A stretch of 32,000 nucleotides of DNA from contig JAMWCX010000001.1 of assembly GCA_023818895.1 (NCBI GenBank), positions 509,789-541,788 of the forward strand, given 5' to 3'. The notes under the pieces were generated by a model. The model saw only the letters and a program-made list of their open reading frames with translations, did no database searches and was not told the origin of the DNA. A program made the translations under genes and the position numbers. Origin of the DNA: Candidatus Omnitrophota bacterium (lineage in GTDB: Bacteria; Omnitrophota; Gorgyraeia; 2-01-FULL-45-10). Of this stretch, positions 1 to 9,532 are shown piece by piece; within the stretch, counting starts at the first letter, position 1, and every line of letters begins with the position of its first letter.

Positions 1-1066
1 CACCCATCGATAGACCTAAAAGCACCGATTCGTAAAATTTGTCTTTTATCTTTTTAAGGCTCTTGCCCACCCCCACAAAATAGGCGGCCATCAAATATAT
101 AAAACCCACAAGTCCCACAAGACCTGTGTCAGCGGCCATCTGAAGGTAGCAGTTATGAGCATACGCGCCTTTCTTGCCTTTCCACTCATCGTTACGAAGC
201 CTCATGAACTCCTGGAAGAAGCTGTTAAGGCCGTTTCCTATTACAGGATGGACCTTGAATATTTCCCATCCCGTACCCCACATGAAAAATCTATCACTCA
301 CGCTGGATATCCCGAATATATAATTGGCCATCTCCATTCTAAGAAAAAACGGCATGACGAGCATCACGACTAATACCGCTATTAACCAGAACCGCTTCTT
401 AGCGAGCGCTATATATATACACGAGACAGCAAACCCCACCCAAGCGCCGCGCGCCTTGGTAAGGAACAAAAGATAGAAAAGGGCGAGCGATACAGACGCC
501 ACCACCCACCTTATCCTCAGTCCTTTAAGATCAAATATAGTAACGCAGGCTATGGGCATAATCACAAGTAATATCCATGCCGCTAGATCGTTAGGAAATG
601 GAAAGCAGGCGGTAGGAAATCCCCGGAAAAAGCCGGCTCCGTCATTAGGCGCCCTGTATTTGTATACCGGATATTGATGCAAAAAATCGGGTATCGGTCC
701 ATAGAGCTGAATGAACCCGTCGGCCAGAATAACTATTGTCGAAAGAAATGCGATAACAAAAAGATCCTTAAGCTTGGCCTCCGTGTCGATGCTCTCGACT
801 ATAACATAGTAAAAAGCTATATACTTCAGGACCTTCGAGAAAAGGGCTTTTAGGCTAAGGCCGAAATATGCCGTAACGAAGAAAGACGGAATAATCGTTG
901 CAACAAAGATAAGAAACGGTAGTTCTAACCCTGTTTTTGGAAGACTGATATCCTTATTTATTATTCTCCTCGCGAGAAAGAGGACTATGCCAACGGAAAT
1001 AGCTATTTCAGATATGGATTTCGAAAAAGGCGCGGCAAAAACAACGGCAAAGACGCACCACTTCAT
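1..1066 (-). CDS. O-antigen ligase/polymerase family membrane protein (Wzy_C domain), partial; C-terminus lies beyond the window start
   Basis: Open minus-strand frame from ATG at 1066-1064 to the window edge. It is absent from the ORF track because no stop lies in the window. My translation MKWCVFAVVFAAPFSKS... is polytopic and contains GAYAHNCYLQMAADTGLVGLVGF, the AHNxYLQ...GxxG signature typical of Wzy_C / WaaL-like proteins. It begins 31 nt downstream of the previous gene's stop. Confidence 0.75.
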   Translation of the reverse strand, partial: MKWCVFAVVFAAPFSKSISEIAISVGIVLFLARRIINKDISLPKTGLELPFLIFVATIIPSFFVTAYFGLSLKALFSKVLKYIAFYYVIVESIDTEAKLKDLFVIAFLSTIVILADGFIQLYGPIPDFLHQYPVYKYRAPNDGAGFFRGFPTACFPFPNDLAAWILLVIMPIACVTIFDLKGLRIRWVVASVSLALFYLLFLTKARGAWVGFAVSCIYIALAKKRFWLIAVLVVMLVMPFFLRMEMANYIFGISSVSDRFFMWGTGWEIFKVHPVIGNGLNSFFQEFMRLRNDEWKGKKGAYAHNCYLQMAADTGLVGLVGFIYLMAAYFVGVGKSLKKIKDKFYESVLLGLSMG

Positions 1067-1097
1067 CGCGTAGGAAAATATTGTATTAAATTTATCT

Positions 1098-2135
1098 TCA
1101 ACCGGCTTCCTTAACACTTTTAATCCTTCCGAACCTTCCTGTGTCGACCATGGCAAGCCTTACGCCGAGAGCGAAAAGCGACATTATGACTATCCCTATA
1201 ACCACAAAAGCCGACTTTAACGAAAGTCTCTGAATCAATAAGGCGCTAACACCCAGGCAGATGCATATGCCGTATACGACCAGCACCGCTCGCTTCTTTT
1301 TAAAACCCAAAAGCGCAAGCCTGTGCGACGAATGGTCCCTGCCGCCCTGAAATATAGAACGCCCCTCTTTTATACGCATAATAGTTACGAGTGTGGTGTC
1401 AAATATCGGATAGGCAAGTATTATGACAGGCATGGCAAGGGACGTCGTCAAAAAGCGAGTGCTCCAGCTGCCGAGAATAGCGGTGGAAGCAAGAAGAAAT
1501 CCAAGGACAAGACTTCCTGAATCACCCATAAAGATCTTCGCCTCCGGGAAATTATGCTTAAGAAATCCTAAAGATGATCCGGCAATCGCAAAGGAGACAA
1601 CAGCTATGCTTATTTGGCTGCCGCTCCACATCACTATCCCGAAAAAGACAGCCGCGATCGTCGCTATGCCTGCGGAGAGGCCGTTCATATTATCGAGAAG
1701 GTTAAACGAGTTAGTTATGCCGACTATCCATAAATATGTCAATATCGTGCTAAGATAATAATTTTGCAAAAAGCCTATCCGAACGCCAGATTTTATTACA
1801 ACCATCGCTGCAAGAAATTGGGCAAGAAGCTTAACCTCCGGCATCATTCCCATCCTGTCATCGACCAGCCCAACCACAAGAAGAATGGAAGCGCCTATAA
1901 TTATGCTCAAAAGCCGCGGATCCTGGCCCAAATTTACGGTCGTGAAGAGGCCGGCCGTAAACGCTATGTAAATGCCAACACCCCCAAGAAGTGGAGTCGG
2001 GTGAGCATGGACCTTATTAGACTTAGGATGATCGAGATAGCCTGTTCTGAAAGCGATCATTCTCACAAGCGGGGTTATCAGATACGATATGACCGTTGTT
2101 ATCACAAATATCTCTACTATGTCTGACCAGAGCAT
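1098..2135 (-). CDS. Polyprenyl-phosphate N-acetylhexosamine-1-phosphate transferase (MraY/WecA family), likely initiating enzyme
   Basis: 345-aa polytopic protein with the family's conserved cytoplasmic-loop motifs: LVDDR (DD), NSFNLLDNMNGLSAG, FMGDSGS and HSSHRL. ATG start at 2135. Confidence 0.9.
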   Translation of the reverse strand: MLWSDIVEIFVITTVISYLITPLVRMIAFRTGYLDHPKSNKVHAHPTPLLGGVGIYIAFTAGLFTTVNLGQDPRLLSIIIGASILLVVGLVDDRMGMMPEVKLLAQFLAAMVVIKSGVRIGFLQNYYLSTILTYLWIVGITNSFNLLDNMNGLSAGIATIAAVFFGIVMWSGSQISIAVVSFAIAGSSLGFLKHNFPEAKIFMGDSGSLVLGFLLASTAILGSWSTRFLTTSLAMPVIILAYPIFDTTLVTIMRIKEGRSIFQGGRDHSSHRLALLGFKKKRAVLVVYGICICLGVSALLIQRLSLKSAFVVIGIVIMSLFALGVRLAMVDTGRFGRIKSVKEAG

Positions 2136-2143
2136 ATTTATAC

Positions 2144-3112
2144 CTATCTTTCAAAATACTTGATAATGCTCTTCAGCGTCTCATCAAGACCCATTTTAGG
2201 GCTAAAACCTATAAACTCTTTTATCTTTGTGATATCCGGCTCTCTGTGCCGCATGTCCTCAAAACCTTTTTCATACGCCTTCTCGTAAGGAATATGTATT
2301 ATAGGCGAGCGTGAATTCGTAAGTTTCTTCACCTTCTCAGCAAGCTTTCGTATCGATATAGGCTTTGGGTTTCCTATGTTGAATATCTCACCTACGGCGG
2401 CATCTTTTTTAGCAAGCTCAATGACCGCCCTCACGACATCTGATACATGGCAGAAGCTTCTGGTCTGCTTTCCGTCACCATATATGGTTATAGGCTGATT
2501 CAAAAGCGCGTGCTTGACAAAGCGCGGCACCACCATGCCATACATCCCGCTCTGCCGCGGCCCAACAGTATTGAAGAACCTAACTATTACTACTGGCAGC
2601 TTCTTCTCTCTCCAATAGGCAAGCGCGAGAAACTCATCCATTGCCTTGGCGCAGGAATAGCCCCAGCGTGATATGGTAGTTGACCCAAGCACCCTATCAT
2701 CGTCTTCCTTGAATTTACGCTTGCCGGGTCTGTCCTTACCGTATATTTCCGAAGTCGAAGCGATTATTACCTTCTTTTTACCAAGCTCATTGGCAAGCTG
2801 CAACACTATCTCCGTGCCTTTAACATTGGTCTCAAGCGACTCCAGAGGGTTATCTATAATATACTTGACGCCGACCGCCGCCGCCATGTGATAGACTATG
2901 TCGCACTTCTTCACAAGTCGTCTCATGACAGTTTCGTTCATTATGGTGTCGATATGAAATGAAAATCTGGGATTAGGCTTCAAATGCGCAATATTGTCCA
3001 TGCTTCCGGTCGAAAGATTATCTATTACTACCACCTCCTCGCCCCTCTTAAGAAGCTCCTCCGCAAGATGTGACCCTATAAAGCCGGCACCGCCTGTTAC
3101 GAGATTTCTCAC
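2144..3112 (-). CDS. NAD-dependent extended SDR epimerase/dehydratase, UXS/ArnA-C-terminal-like (UDP-sugar 4-oxidase/decarboxylase or epimerase)
   Basis: VTGGAGFIGSHL Rossmann motif, STSEIYG, YSCAK (YxxxK), RFFNTVGPRQ. The ORF track starts at a TTG (3130). I prefer the in-frame GTG at 3112, which has AAGGAG (3124-3119) 6 nt upstream and gives MRNLVTGGAGF. Confidence 0.85.
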   Translation of the reverse strand: MRNLVTGGAGFIGSHLAEELLKRGEEVVVIDNLSTGSMDNIAHLKPNPRFSFHIDTIMNETVMRRLVKKCDIVYHMAAAVGVKYIIDNPLESLETNVKGTEIVLQLANELGKKKVIIASTSEIYGKDRPGKRKFKEDDDRVLGSTTISRWGYSCAKAMDEFLALAYWREKKLPVVIVRFFNTVGPRQSGMYGMVVPRFVKHALLNQPITIYGDGKQTRSFCHVSDVVRAVIELAKKDAAVGEIFNIGNPKPISIRKLAEKVKKLTNSRSPIIHIPYEKAYEKGFEDMRHREPDITKIKEFIGFSPKMGLDETLKSIIKYFER

Positions 3113-3126
3113 AATACTCTCCTTTT

Positions 3127-4317
3127 TCAATTGTTAAGCAGTGAACTTTGCTTTAAATAATTAAATATCGCCTCGGCCGATATCCTATGTCCTTTCAGCG
3201 AAGGATGACAATCATCCAATGCCACATCACTAAAAGGCCTGCCCTGAAAGGCCTCTTTAAGGTCCAGAACATAGAAGCCATGTTTAGCGAAAAGATCTTT
3301 AAGCGTGGCGTGCACCTCGGTAAATAAATATCGCCCGCCCTCTGGATAATAATCAGTTTCTTTCTCGAAAGCCGGAAATATCACAAACAAGATTTTAAAG
3401 TTATTCTTTCTGGCCGTCTCTTCCAAATCTCTCAAAATAATATTATCCATGACCTCGAGATACCTGCCTTTATGGCTATTTATGTATATCTCATACCACT
3501 GCGACCCTGCAGGGCAATAAAGTTTTTTGTCTACATCAGCGTTAAGCGATTTGGAATATGCCTCTCTGGCCGCTTCGGGCGCCGCGGCGGACGCTTTCCT
3601 GATAGTCTCTGACTCCTTCATCGCGTTAAGATAATTACGCAGGCGGTTCGCCTTATCCGCTATATAGGAATATAATACGGATCTGCGCAAAAGCCTCCTA
3701 AGCCACGACGGCAGCTTAACAAGGCTGGTATCTGATTTACCCAGCCGCACGCCATGGGCATATTCATATGAATATACGGAGTCTCTTGCGTCATTTAAGC
3801 AATACGTAAATATTACAATGTCGGGGCTATACTTCACCCCTTTTTTCTTCAGAATGCTAAGCTCTGTGTAGGTGTTATATCCGGGCGCGGCTATCCCTAT
3901 AACCTCAAACTTTTTGTCCGTCGACTCTCCTTTCTCATAACCATTAAGCATGTTTTCGAGAACGTTATAGAACACATCTTCATTCTCTCTAATACCGTAT
4001 CCAAAAGTGATTGAATCTCCAAGAACAAGGATCCTCTTAACGCCCGGCGCCTTCTTTACAGCGTATTCCTTATCCCTAAAACCGTCGCTGTTTGTGACAA
4101 TGTGGTATTCCTTATCCCTATAATCAAGGTTGGGCTTCAGTTCATACGTAAGGTCCGGATCGCTGCGCTCGCGCATAAATTCGTACGTTATCACTCCGAG
4201 GTTGTCCATTTTTATGATCTGGCGCGCCCATAATATTCTCACAATGAGCTCTGATAGAAAAAAGGTAAACACAAGGCCTATGACCATGGCCAAAATTATG
4301 CCTTTAACTCTTCCCAT
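3127..4317 (-). CDS. Membrane-anchored SGNH/GDSL-family hydrolase (putative glycan O-acyl esterase/transferase)
   Basis: N-terminal hydrophobic helix (GIILAMVIGLVFTFFLSELIV). SGNH blocks are present: VLGDSITFGYG (block I), APGYNT (II), CLNDA (III), DDCHPSLKGH (V, DxxH). Confidence 0.75.
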   Translation of the reverse strand: MGRVKGIILAMVIGLVFTFFLSELIVRILWARQIIKMDNLGVITYEFMRERSDPDLTYELKPNLDYRDKEYHIVTNSDGFRDKEYAVKKAPGVKRILVLGDSITFGYGIRENEDVFYNVLENMLNGYEKGESTDKKFEVIGIAAPGYNTYTELSILKKKGVKYSPDIVIFTYCLNDARDSVYSYEYAHGVRLGKSDTSLVKLPSWLRRLLRRSVLYSYIADKANRLRNYLNAMKESETIRKASAAAPEAAREAYSKSLNADVDKKLYCPAGSQWYEIYINSHKGRYLEVMDNIILRDLEETARKNNFKILFVIFPAFEKETDYYPEGGRYLFTEVHATLKDLFAKHGFYVLDLKEAFQGRPFSDVALDDCHPSLKGHRISAEAIFNYLKQSSLLNN

Positions 4318-6073
4318 ATAATACTATTCTAAAAATATGGGTAATCCCATAGGCTATCACTATTGAAAGAAATGGTGTCATTGGCGCCGCGTATCTTGTG
4401 CTCCGCGAAAGAAAAAATACGCCATGAAATATGCAATAATAAATTATCGGCAGGCTGACCAGAAATTTAAGGCCGGCATCTGCCTTACAAACAGCAAACA
4501 GTGCAAAACTTGCTATGAGCAAAATAATATAGTAAAACATCATCACAGAACCATAATCATTGGGTATTCTATATGGATTAAACATGTACACAGGATCAAA
4601 AAATCCAAATTTCGGCCATAGAAAAAAATTTCTTATTCTTAGAGGAATGAGCTTTGAGACAGCAACGGTAACTTCGATAGGTTTTCCTATTATGCTTCGG
4701 ATGGAACCCTTAATATCTTTAAACGGATCTATGCCAAGCCTTATAAGTTCTTTATTAGACGGATCATTATCTTCTCCCCACCTGCTGGCAAGCGACCAAG
4801 AATCCCCACCGGATCGGTATACTAAATAGAATCTACCGGTATTCAAGTAGTTCTTTACGGTTATCGGAAGTATGAGCATAGCCATACAGGCTATCATAAT
4901 CAAAAAGTCGCGAAAATGAAACAACGTTCGATTATGGTCATAATCCCTGCCCCATTTCATTATCCAAAAAAACAAGAACACCACTAAAAGAACTATTAGC
5001 TCCCGTATTACAACCGCAAGGCCGAGGAAAATGCCGCCTAGAGCTATCCAAGATGATGATTTTTTTTCGGAAACAGCAGTCCTGTATTTGGCTAGAAATA
5101 AAACTGCAAATGTAAGGAATGGTATATAAAGCGCCTCCGTGTTCAAGGTTGTCGTAAGATGTATGAGAGGCTGGTCTATTGCAAGTATTATCCCCGCCAG
5201 AAACGATATTGGTCTGTTATTAAATAGCATCCGGGTTATATAGTAGACAGCCACCACCATAAGTGATGCCAACATAGACTGCAGACAGCCTATAGCATAA
5301 AAGCTATGGCCAAATATCTTATAAGTAATCGAGAGAAATACTGAGTAAAACATAAGATAAATGCCTGGGGTCTCTCTTGCAAAATACGAAATATCCTTCA
5401 TCCCCTCCAGCGCCATTCTTTCATAAGCATCGCCATCATCGCTTGCATATATATAATTTGACAAACCTACTTCATGCAAAAGATGGCGCAGAAATAAAAA
5501 CCTAAGCGTGAAAGCTAGAAGGAAAATAGCGATCGGCATATAAGGTGAATTAACTGCCTTTCTTGCAAAAAGCAGGCAATCTCCTGAAAGGATGCTTACA
5601 CGAGGCCTTGAAAAGGCATATATCAAAACAAGATAAGTGGCAAGCAAAACAAATGCGGCAGGGCGGCAACCAAGATACGAATATGCATAAATGGTGTAAA
5701 AAGGCACCAGGGTCATAGGAATAAAAAACGTCTCTTCAAGAATACTTGAAGGCGACCGCTTCTGAATAATATCGACGTTGACCAAGCGCGAAGCCCATAA
5801 TACAATTAGAAAATTTAATAAGGTGATAACGGATTTAATATATAAAACATAAAACTTCGCCATTGGCACACCCTTCTGGATCACCTTCTCAAGGCCTATC
5901 AAGTGAGGGTAGACGCTTAGCATAAAACCTAAGATAACTGCCATTCTCAATACTGTAAAAATGTTTCTTTTGGCTAACCAGGCATACAGTAAGGCATACA
6001 CAAGAACAAACACCCATAAAACAAATGGCACTGTTACATAATGATGAAAAGTAAGAATATGCAATTTTATCAT
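4304..6073 (-). CDS. GT-C fold polytopic glycosyltransferase (ArnT/PMT-like, GT39/GT83-type) with extra N-terminal membrane module
   Basis: 589 aa with many predicted TM helices. The segment PIAIFLLAFTLRFLFLRHLL followed by YASDDGDAYERMA resembles the TM1 plus acidic first-loop motif of ArnT/PMT_2 enzymes, but sits about 170-210 residues in rather than near the N-terminus. Confidence 0.6.
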   Translation of the reverse strand: MIKLHILTFHHYVTVPFVLWVFVLVYALLYAWLAKRNIFTVLRMAVILGFMLSVYPHLIGLEKVIQKGVPMAKFYVLYIKSVITLLNFLIVLWASRLVNVDIIQKRSPSSILEETFFIPMTLVPFYTIYAYSYLGCRPAAFVLLATYLVLIYAFSRPRVSILSGDCLLFARKAVNSPYMPIAIFLLAFTLRFLFLRHLLHEVGLSNYIYASDDGDAYERMALEGMKDISYFARETPGIYLMFYSVFLSITYKIFGHSFYAIGCLQSMLASLMVVAVYYITRMLFNNRPISFLAGIILAIDQPLIHLTTTLNTEALYIPFLTFAVLFLAKYRTAVSEKKSSSWIALGGIFLGLAVVIRELIVLLVVFLFFWIMKWGRDYDHNRTLFHFRDFLIMIACMAMLILPITVKNYLNTGRFYLVYRSGGDSWSLASRWGEDNDPSNKELIRLGIDPFKDIKGSIRSIIGKPIEVTVAVSKLIPLRIRNFFLWPKFGFFDPVYMFNPYRIPNDYGSVMMFYYIILLIASFALFAVCKADAGLKFLVSLPIIYYCIFHGVFFLSRSTRYAAPMTPFLSIVIAYGITHIFRIVLYGKS

Positions 6074-6076
6074 TTT

Positions 6077-7066
6077 CTAAAGCTCCCCGCCTTTAATTAA
6101 AAGCTTAAAGCCGTGATATATGAAACCGGCTATGGCGGCGACTACAACAACAAAAGATAGGATTATATTAAGCAATATCACCCTAAATGTAAAAATAACC
6201 CCCTTTTCCCTAAAAACTAACTTTATGAAATCGCTATCAAGAAATAATCCTGCCGCAAGAAACACAACGGCTATCCATAAAATATGTCTGAAGAAAAATG
6301 AAGCAATAAGAAAAAGGACTGAAAGAACGTACATTATATGAATCATCCCCTGCCTGCTAGTCGTGCCATTCGTCTCGAAAGTCATCCTCTTCAAAAATAT
6401 CTCTGTCCAAAGAAAGCACCTTCGAAAATAACTGCGAACCAGTTTCTTAATTCCAGGGAAATGGTGCTTTACCTTGATTTCTCTATCAAGATATATATTA
6501 GGTACCTTTTTCATAAGTTTTATCGTAAACTCATAGTCCTCCACATCGGCGTCTTTATATTTTACATCAAACCCTCCAAGACTTAGAAAGAGGTCTTTCC
6601 TGATGATACCAACGTACGGAGTAAAAGGCGTGGCTTTATTGGATGGTATCCTTGAATACCATACCTCTTCCTGCAGGGCTTTGAACTCGGGTATAAAACC
6701 TTTATTCGCTGGCTCACCAGAATACATCCCAATCAATACTGGCATTTTATCTTTAGAGAGGCGCTCATGAATACGTTTAAGCACATCTTCATATAATATT
6801 ACATCCGAGTCAAAAAAAATCAGGATATTGCCCGATGCTTTTTGCGCTCCGTAATTACGAGCATAGGCGGCTCCTCTATTCTTTTTAAGCGAGAAGACCT
6901 TACAATCATATCGTGAAGCAATGCCTAGGGTCCCATCGGAGGAATTATCATCAACCACAATCACTTCGAAGTTAGCAAACCTCTGCTTTTGTATAGAATC
7001 AAGAAGTCCTGCCAAGGTCTTTGCAGAATTATATGTAGGGATGACTATCGAATATTCTACACTCAT
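6077..7066 (-). CDS. Family 2 glycosyltransferase with C-terminal transmembrane helices
   Basis: YSIVIPTYNSAKTL, VVDDNSSDGT, FFDSDV (DxD). About 4 hydrophobic helices at the C-terminus. The ORF-track start (TTG at 7117) lies inside the upstream gene and directly abuts a GGAGGA with zero spacing. I prefer ATG at 7066 (MSVEYSIVIPTYN), 22 nt after the upstream stop. Confidence 0.85.
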   Translation of the reverse strand: MSVEYSIVIPTYNSAKTLAGLLDSIQKQRFANFEVIVVDDNSSDGTLGIASRYDCKVFSLKKNRGAAYARNYGAQKASGNILIFFDSDVILYEDVLKRIHERLSKDKMPVLIGMYSGEPANKGFIPEFKALQEEVWYSRIPSNKATPFTPYVGIIRKDLFLSLGGFDVKYKDADVEDYEFTIKLMKKVPNIYLDREIKVKHHFPGIKKLVRSYFRRCFLWTEIFLKRMTFETNGTTSRQGMIHIMYVLSVLFLIASFFFRHILWIAVVFLAAGLFLDSDFIKLVFREKGVIFTFRVILLNIILSFVVVVAAIAGFIYHGFKLLIKGGEL

Positions 7067-7088
7067 AGCAAATTTATTCCATATTATT

Positions 7089-7895
7089 TTATACCGATTT
7101 CTTGGCCTGAAATACAATCCTCCAACAATATTTATTTAAACCAGGAAACATTTTTAAAAAAAACGAATCAACCTTGCAAAATGATGCATCAAAAAACTTA
7201 AATAAGCCGTAGACAGGAAAGTAGACTTTGAGAAGGTATATAAAAAACCCTGTAAGATAAAAAGTCTTATACTTAATTATATTGAATGACTTTTTGAATT
7301 CATCTAAATACCCTAGACTGAAATAATGAGTAAACTCTTTCCACTCTGAAGGCGCCATATACTTTCTGTATAATTTTGCGATAGGATGCAGATCTAGCGC
7401 CTCCGAAAAAACAATCGTACCATCTTTTTTGAGAATACGCAGAGCCTCTTTTATAAAAAGACTAAAATCGCCTCCGAGGAACATAAGAACGTCCTGGCCA
7501 TATATAATATCAAATGATTCTGCGGGGAACTCAGTTCTCTCCCCATTGCGGACATACAAAGATACACGATCCTCTAATCCCTCATCTTTTATAATACTTT
7601 TGGCGAACTCAATCCTCTTGTCTGATATATCTATGCCTGTAACGATAGCGCCGTTCCTGGCAAGCCAAATAAGGTGCGCACCGGTTCCGCATCCTATATC
7701 GAGAACCTTCTTACCGATTAAAGACCCCATACATTCATGAGAATAGCGAACGCTTGAGTCCTCATACCATTTGATAGCGCTGGCCACGCGCCTCTTAGTG
7801 CTCTTTTCATCTCCTTTCTTTATGTTAAAAGGGTCGAGCACAAAATCGAAATAGCATTTCATTTTTTTATATTTTTGATTACTCAGGTTTGCCAT
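7089..7895 (-). CDS. Class I SAM-dependent methyltransferase
   Basis: Motif I VLDIGCGTGA, then acidic GIDIS and the post-I/II pattern DIIYGQDVLMFL...LKKDGTIVF. ATG at 7895 immediately follows the upstream TAA (7896-7898). Confidence 0.85.
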   Translation of the reverse strand: MANLSNQKYKKMKCYFDFVLDPFNIKKGDEKSTKRRVASAIKWYEDSSVRYSHECMGSLIGKKVLDIGCGTGAHLIWLARNGAIVTGIDISDKRIEFAKSIIKDEGLEDRVSLYVRNGERTEFPAESFDIIYGQDVLMFLGGDFSLFIKEALRILKKDGTIVFSEALDLHPIAKLYRKYMAPSEWKEFTHYFSLGYLDEFKKSFNIIKYKTFYLTGFFIYLLKVYFPVYGLFKFFDASFCKVDSFFLKMFPGLNKYCWRIVFQAKKSV

Positions 7896-8771
7896 TTATG
7901 GCTGCCTCTTTGTTCCTACGAATACCAGATAAGGGCTAAAGATGCTCGTTTCGGCTCCTTTATCCTTTAACAATACGCGGAAGATGACGTTCAAAGCCTT
8001 CTGCATGCCATTACAAAACATCAGGACGAATTTCATCAGAAAATCCTGTCGCGGGCTAAACCTATCGCCGCAATTAAAAGTGCCGTAATAGCCGCAATAA
8101 AGAACATTCCAGCGCCTTTCGTCAAATATCTTTATGAAATTCTCTTTTTTCATTATGTTAAAATTAACTTCGCTGAGCAGTTCCTTACTAAAAAGAGAAA
8201 GCCCGAGATAATTGATGCCTCGAAAATTTGGTATTATGGCAAAAAGTATGCCGCCCGGCCTTAAAAGATCCTTATGCTTTTCAACAACGTAGCCGGCGTC
8301 CGAATCCCCAAAATCCTCTATAAATCCCCTTGAGATGATAACATTAAAGTAATCTTTATACTCTTTCTGAAACCTATCAGAAAAGAAATCATCATGTATT
8401 ACATTATCTGGATTTATTCCGTATCTTTTAAACACACTTTTGTTTATCTCGACACCTCTCGCGGAGCATTCAACGCCATATGGAATACAGCCGAATGTCT
8501 TATATAAACGGACAAGGTGATAACCCGGCGCGCTGCCTATCTCAAGCACCTTGAAGCTGCCTTTAGGCATGAATTTTTTATAAATAACATTCCACAGTAT
8601 ATAATCATGATAATTCTCGAACGCATATCGCCAAGGACCAACCATAGACGCTGCCCATTGGGCAGAGCCTCGCAAAAAATCATATTCCACAAGCCTGGCG
8701 CTATACTCTCTTTGCTTGAAGCCCCAGTATTTTTCCCAGTATTTTTCTGTGCTTAGAACTTCTCTCGTCAT
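7896..8771 (-). CDS. Class I SAM-dependent methyltransferase-like protein
   Basis: VLEIGSAPGYHLV (motif I-like GxxxG), YGVECS, FNVIISRGFIEDF, LRPGGILFAIIPN. The start overlaps the upstream stop as ATGA (8768-8771). Confidence 0.7.
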   Translation of the reverse strand: MTREVLSTEKYWEKYWGFKQREYSARLVEYDFLRGSAQWAASMVGPWRYAFENYHDYILWNVIYKKFMPKGSFKVLEIGSAPGYHLVRLYKTFGCIPYGVECSARGVEINKSVFKRYGINPDNVIHDDFFSDRFQKEYKDYFNVIISRGFIEDFGDSDAGYVVEKHKDLLRPGGILFAIIPNFRGINYLGLSLFSKELLSEVNFNIMKKENFIKIFDERRWNVLYCGYYGTFNCGDRFSPRQDFLMKFVLMFCNGMQKALNVIFRVLLKDKGAETSIFSPYLVFVGTKRQP

Positions 8772-9532
8772 CCTTTAAATTTCCCAGATACTTCTTCTTT
8801 TCGCTTCAATAGATAAATTTTGAACTGGATAAGGTCAACAAGATAGCCAATGACGGTGTCAATTATACGTACCGAGCTCTTTTTGTCGCCTCTCCTTTCA
8901 AAAACGCATGGAATTTCTTTTACTTTGAGACCGCTATATAAACAGTACATCATGATCTCGGTATCCCAAAACCACCCGTCATAACGCGAGATATTTATGA
9001 GGGGCAAGACCTTGTCCCTTTTAAAAAACTTGTATCCGGATTCGGAATCCTTAAGACCCTCGTGAAGAAGGGCTCGGGATATAAACCTATAGCCGTGACT
9101 CAAAATATGCCTAAGCATAAAAAGGGGGCTCAATGTCACCTTGTAGTACCTGAATGCTGTGGCGACATCATAGCCATCGTTGACTATCGTGCTAACCATG
9201 TATGGGATGTGGCGTGGATGAACGTCAAGATCCACATCAATGTAGCCAACCACATCTCCTTCTGATATCTTTATCCCATCCCTAACCGATTTACCTCTGC
9301 CCTCATTCTTTAAGTGGACTATCTTTTTGATGCGCTTTATATCTTTATACTTGTCCTCTATCTTGTTTATTACCGAAAGCGTATCGTCAGTCCCGCAATC
9401 GTATACAAATATAATCTCATAGTTCAGCCTTGTCATATCAAGTATCTTGAATATCTCCTTTACGCTCTCTTCAAGATACTCGGCATCATTATAACAGGCG
9501 AGTATAAGGCTTAAGTCTATCTTCTCCGGCAT
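8768..9532 (-). CDS. Family 2 glycosyltransferase, DPM1/polyprenol-phosphate-sugar synthase-like (soluble type)
   Basis: LSLILACYNDAEYL, YDCGTDDT, YIDVDLDVHP (DxD), SGYKFF, WFWDTEI. These are typical of dolichyl/undecaprenyl-phosphate glycosyltransferase-like GT2 enzymes. No C-terminal TM helices seen. Confidence 0.8.
   Translation of the reverse strand: MPEKIDLSLILACYNDAEYLEESVKEIFKILDMTRLNYEIIFVYDCGTDDTLSVINKIEDKYKDIKRIKKIVHLKNEGRGKSVRDGIKISEGDVVGYIDVDLDVHPRHIPYMVSTIVNDGYDVATAFRYYKVTLSPLFMLRHILSHGYRFISRALLHEGLKDSESGYKFFKRDKVLPLINISRYDGWFWDTEIMMYCLYSGLKVKEIPCVFERRGDKKSSVRIIDTVIGYLVDLIQFKIYLLKRKEEVSGKFKG

Noticed and set aside
155-373. 72-aa plus-strand ORF near the left edge
   Set aside because: It is antisense to the open Wzy_C-family frame that runs from 1066 to the window edge, and it has no motifs.
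5060-5067. A8/T8 homopolymer runs inside coding regions (5060-5067, 6812-6819, 7156-7163, 21354-21361, 25763-25770) as possible phase-variation slippage sites
   Set aside because: They are simply Lys (AAA/AAG) or Phe codon runs in an AT-biased genome. Eight nt is at or below the usual threshold for slipped-strand switching. All frames are currently intact and there is no population data.
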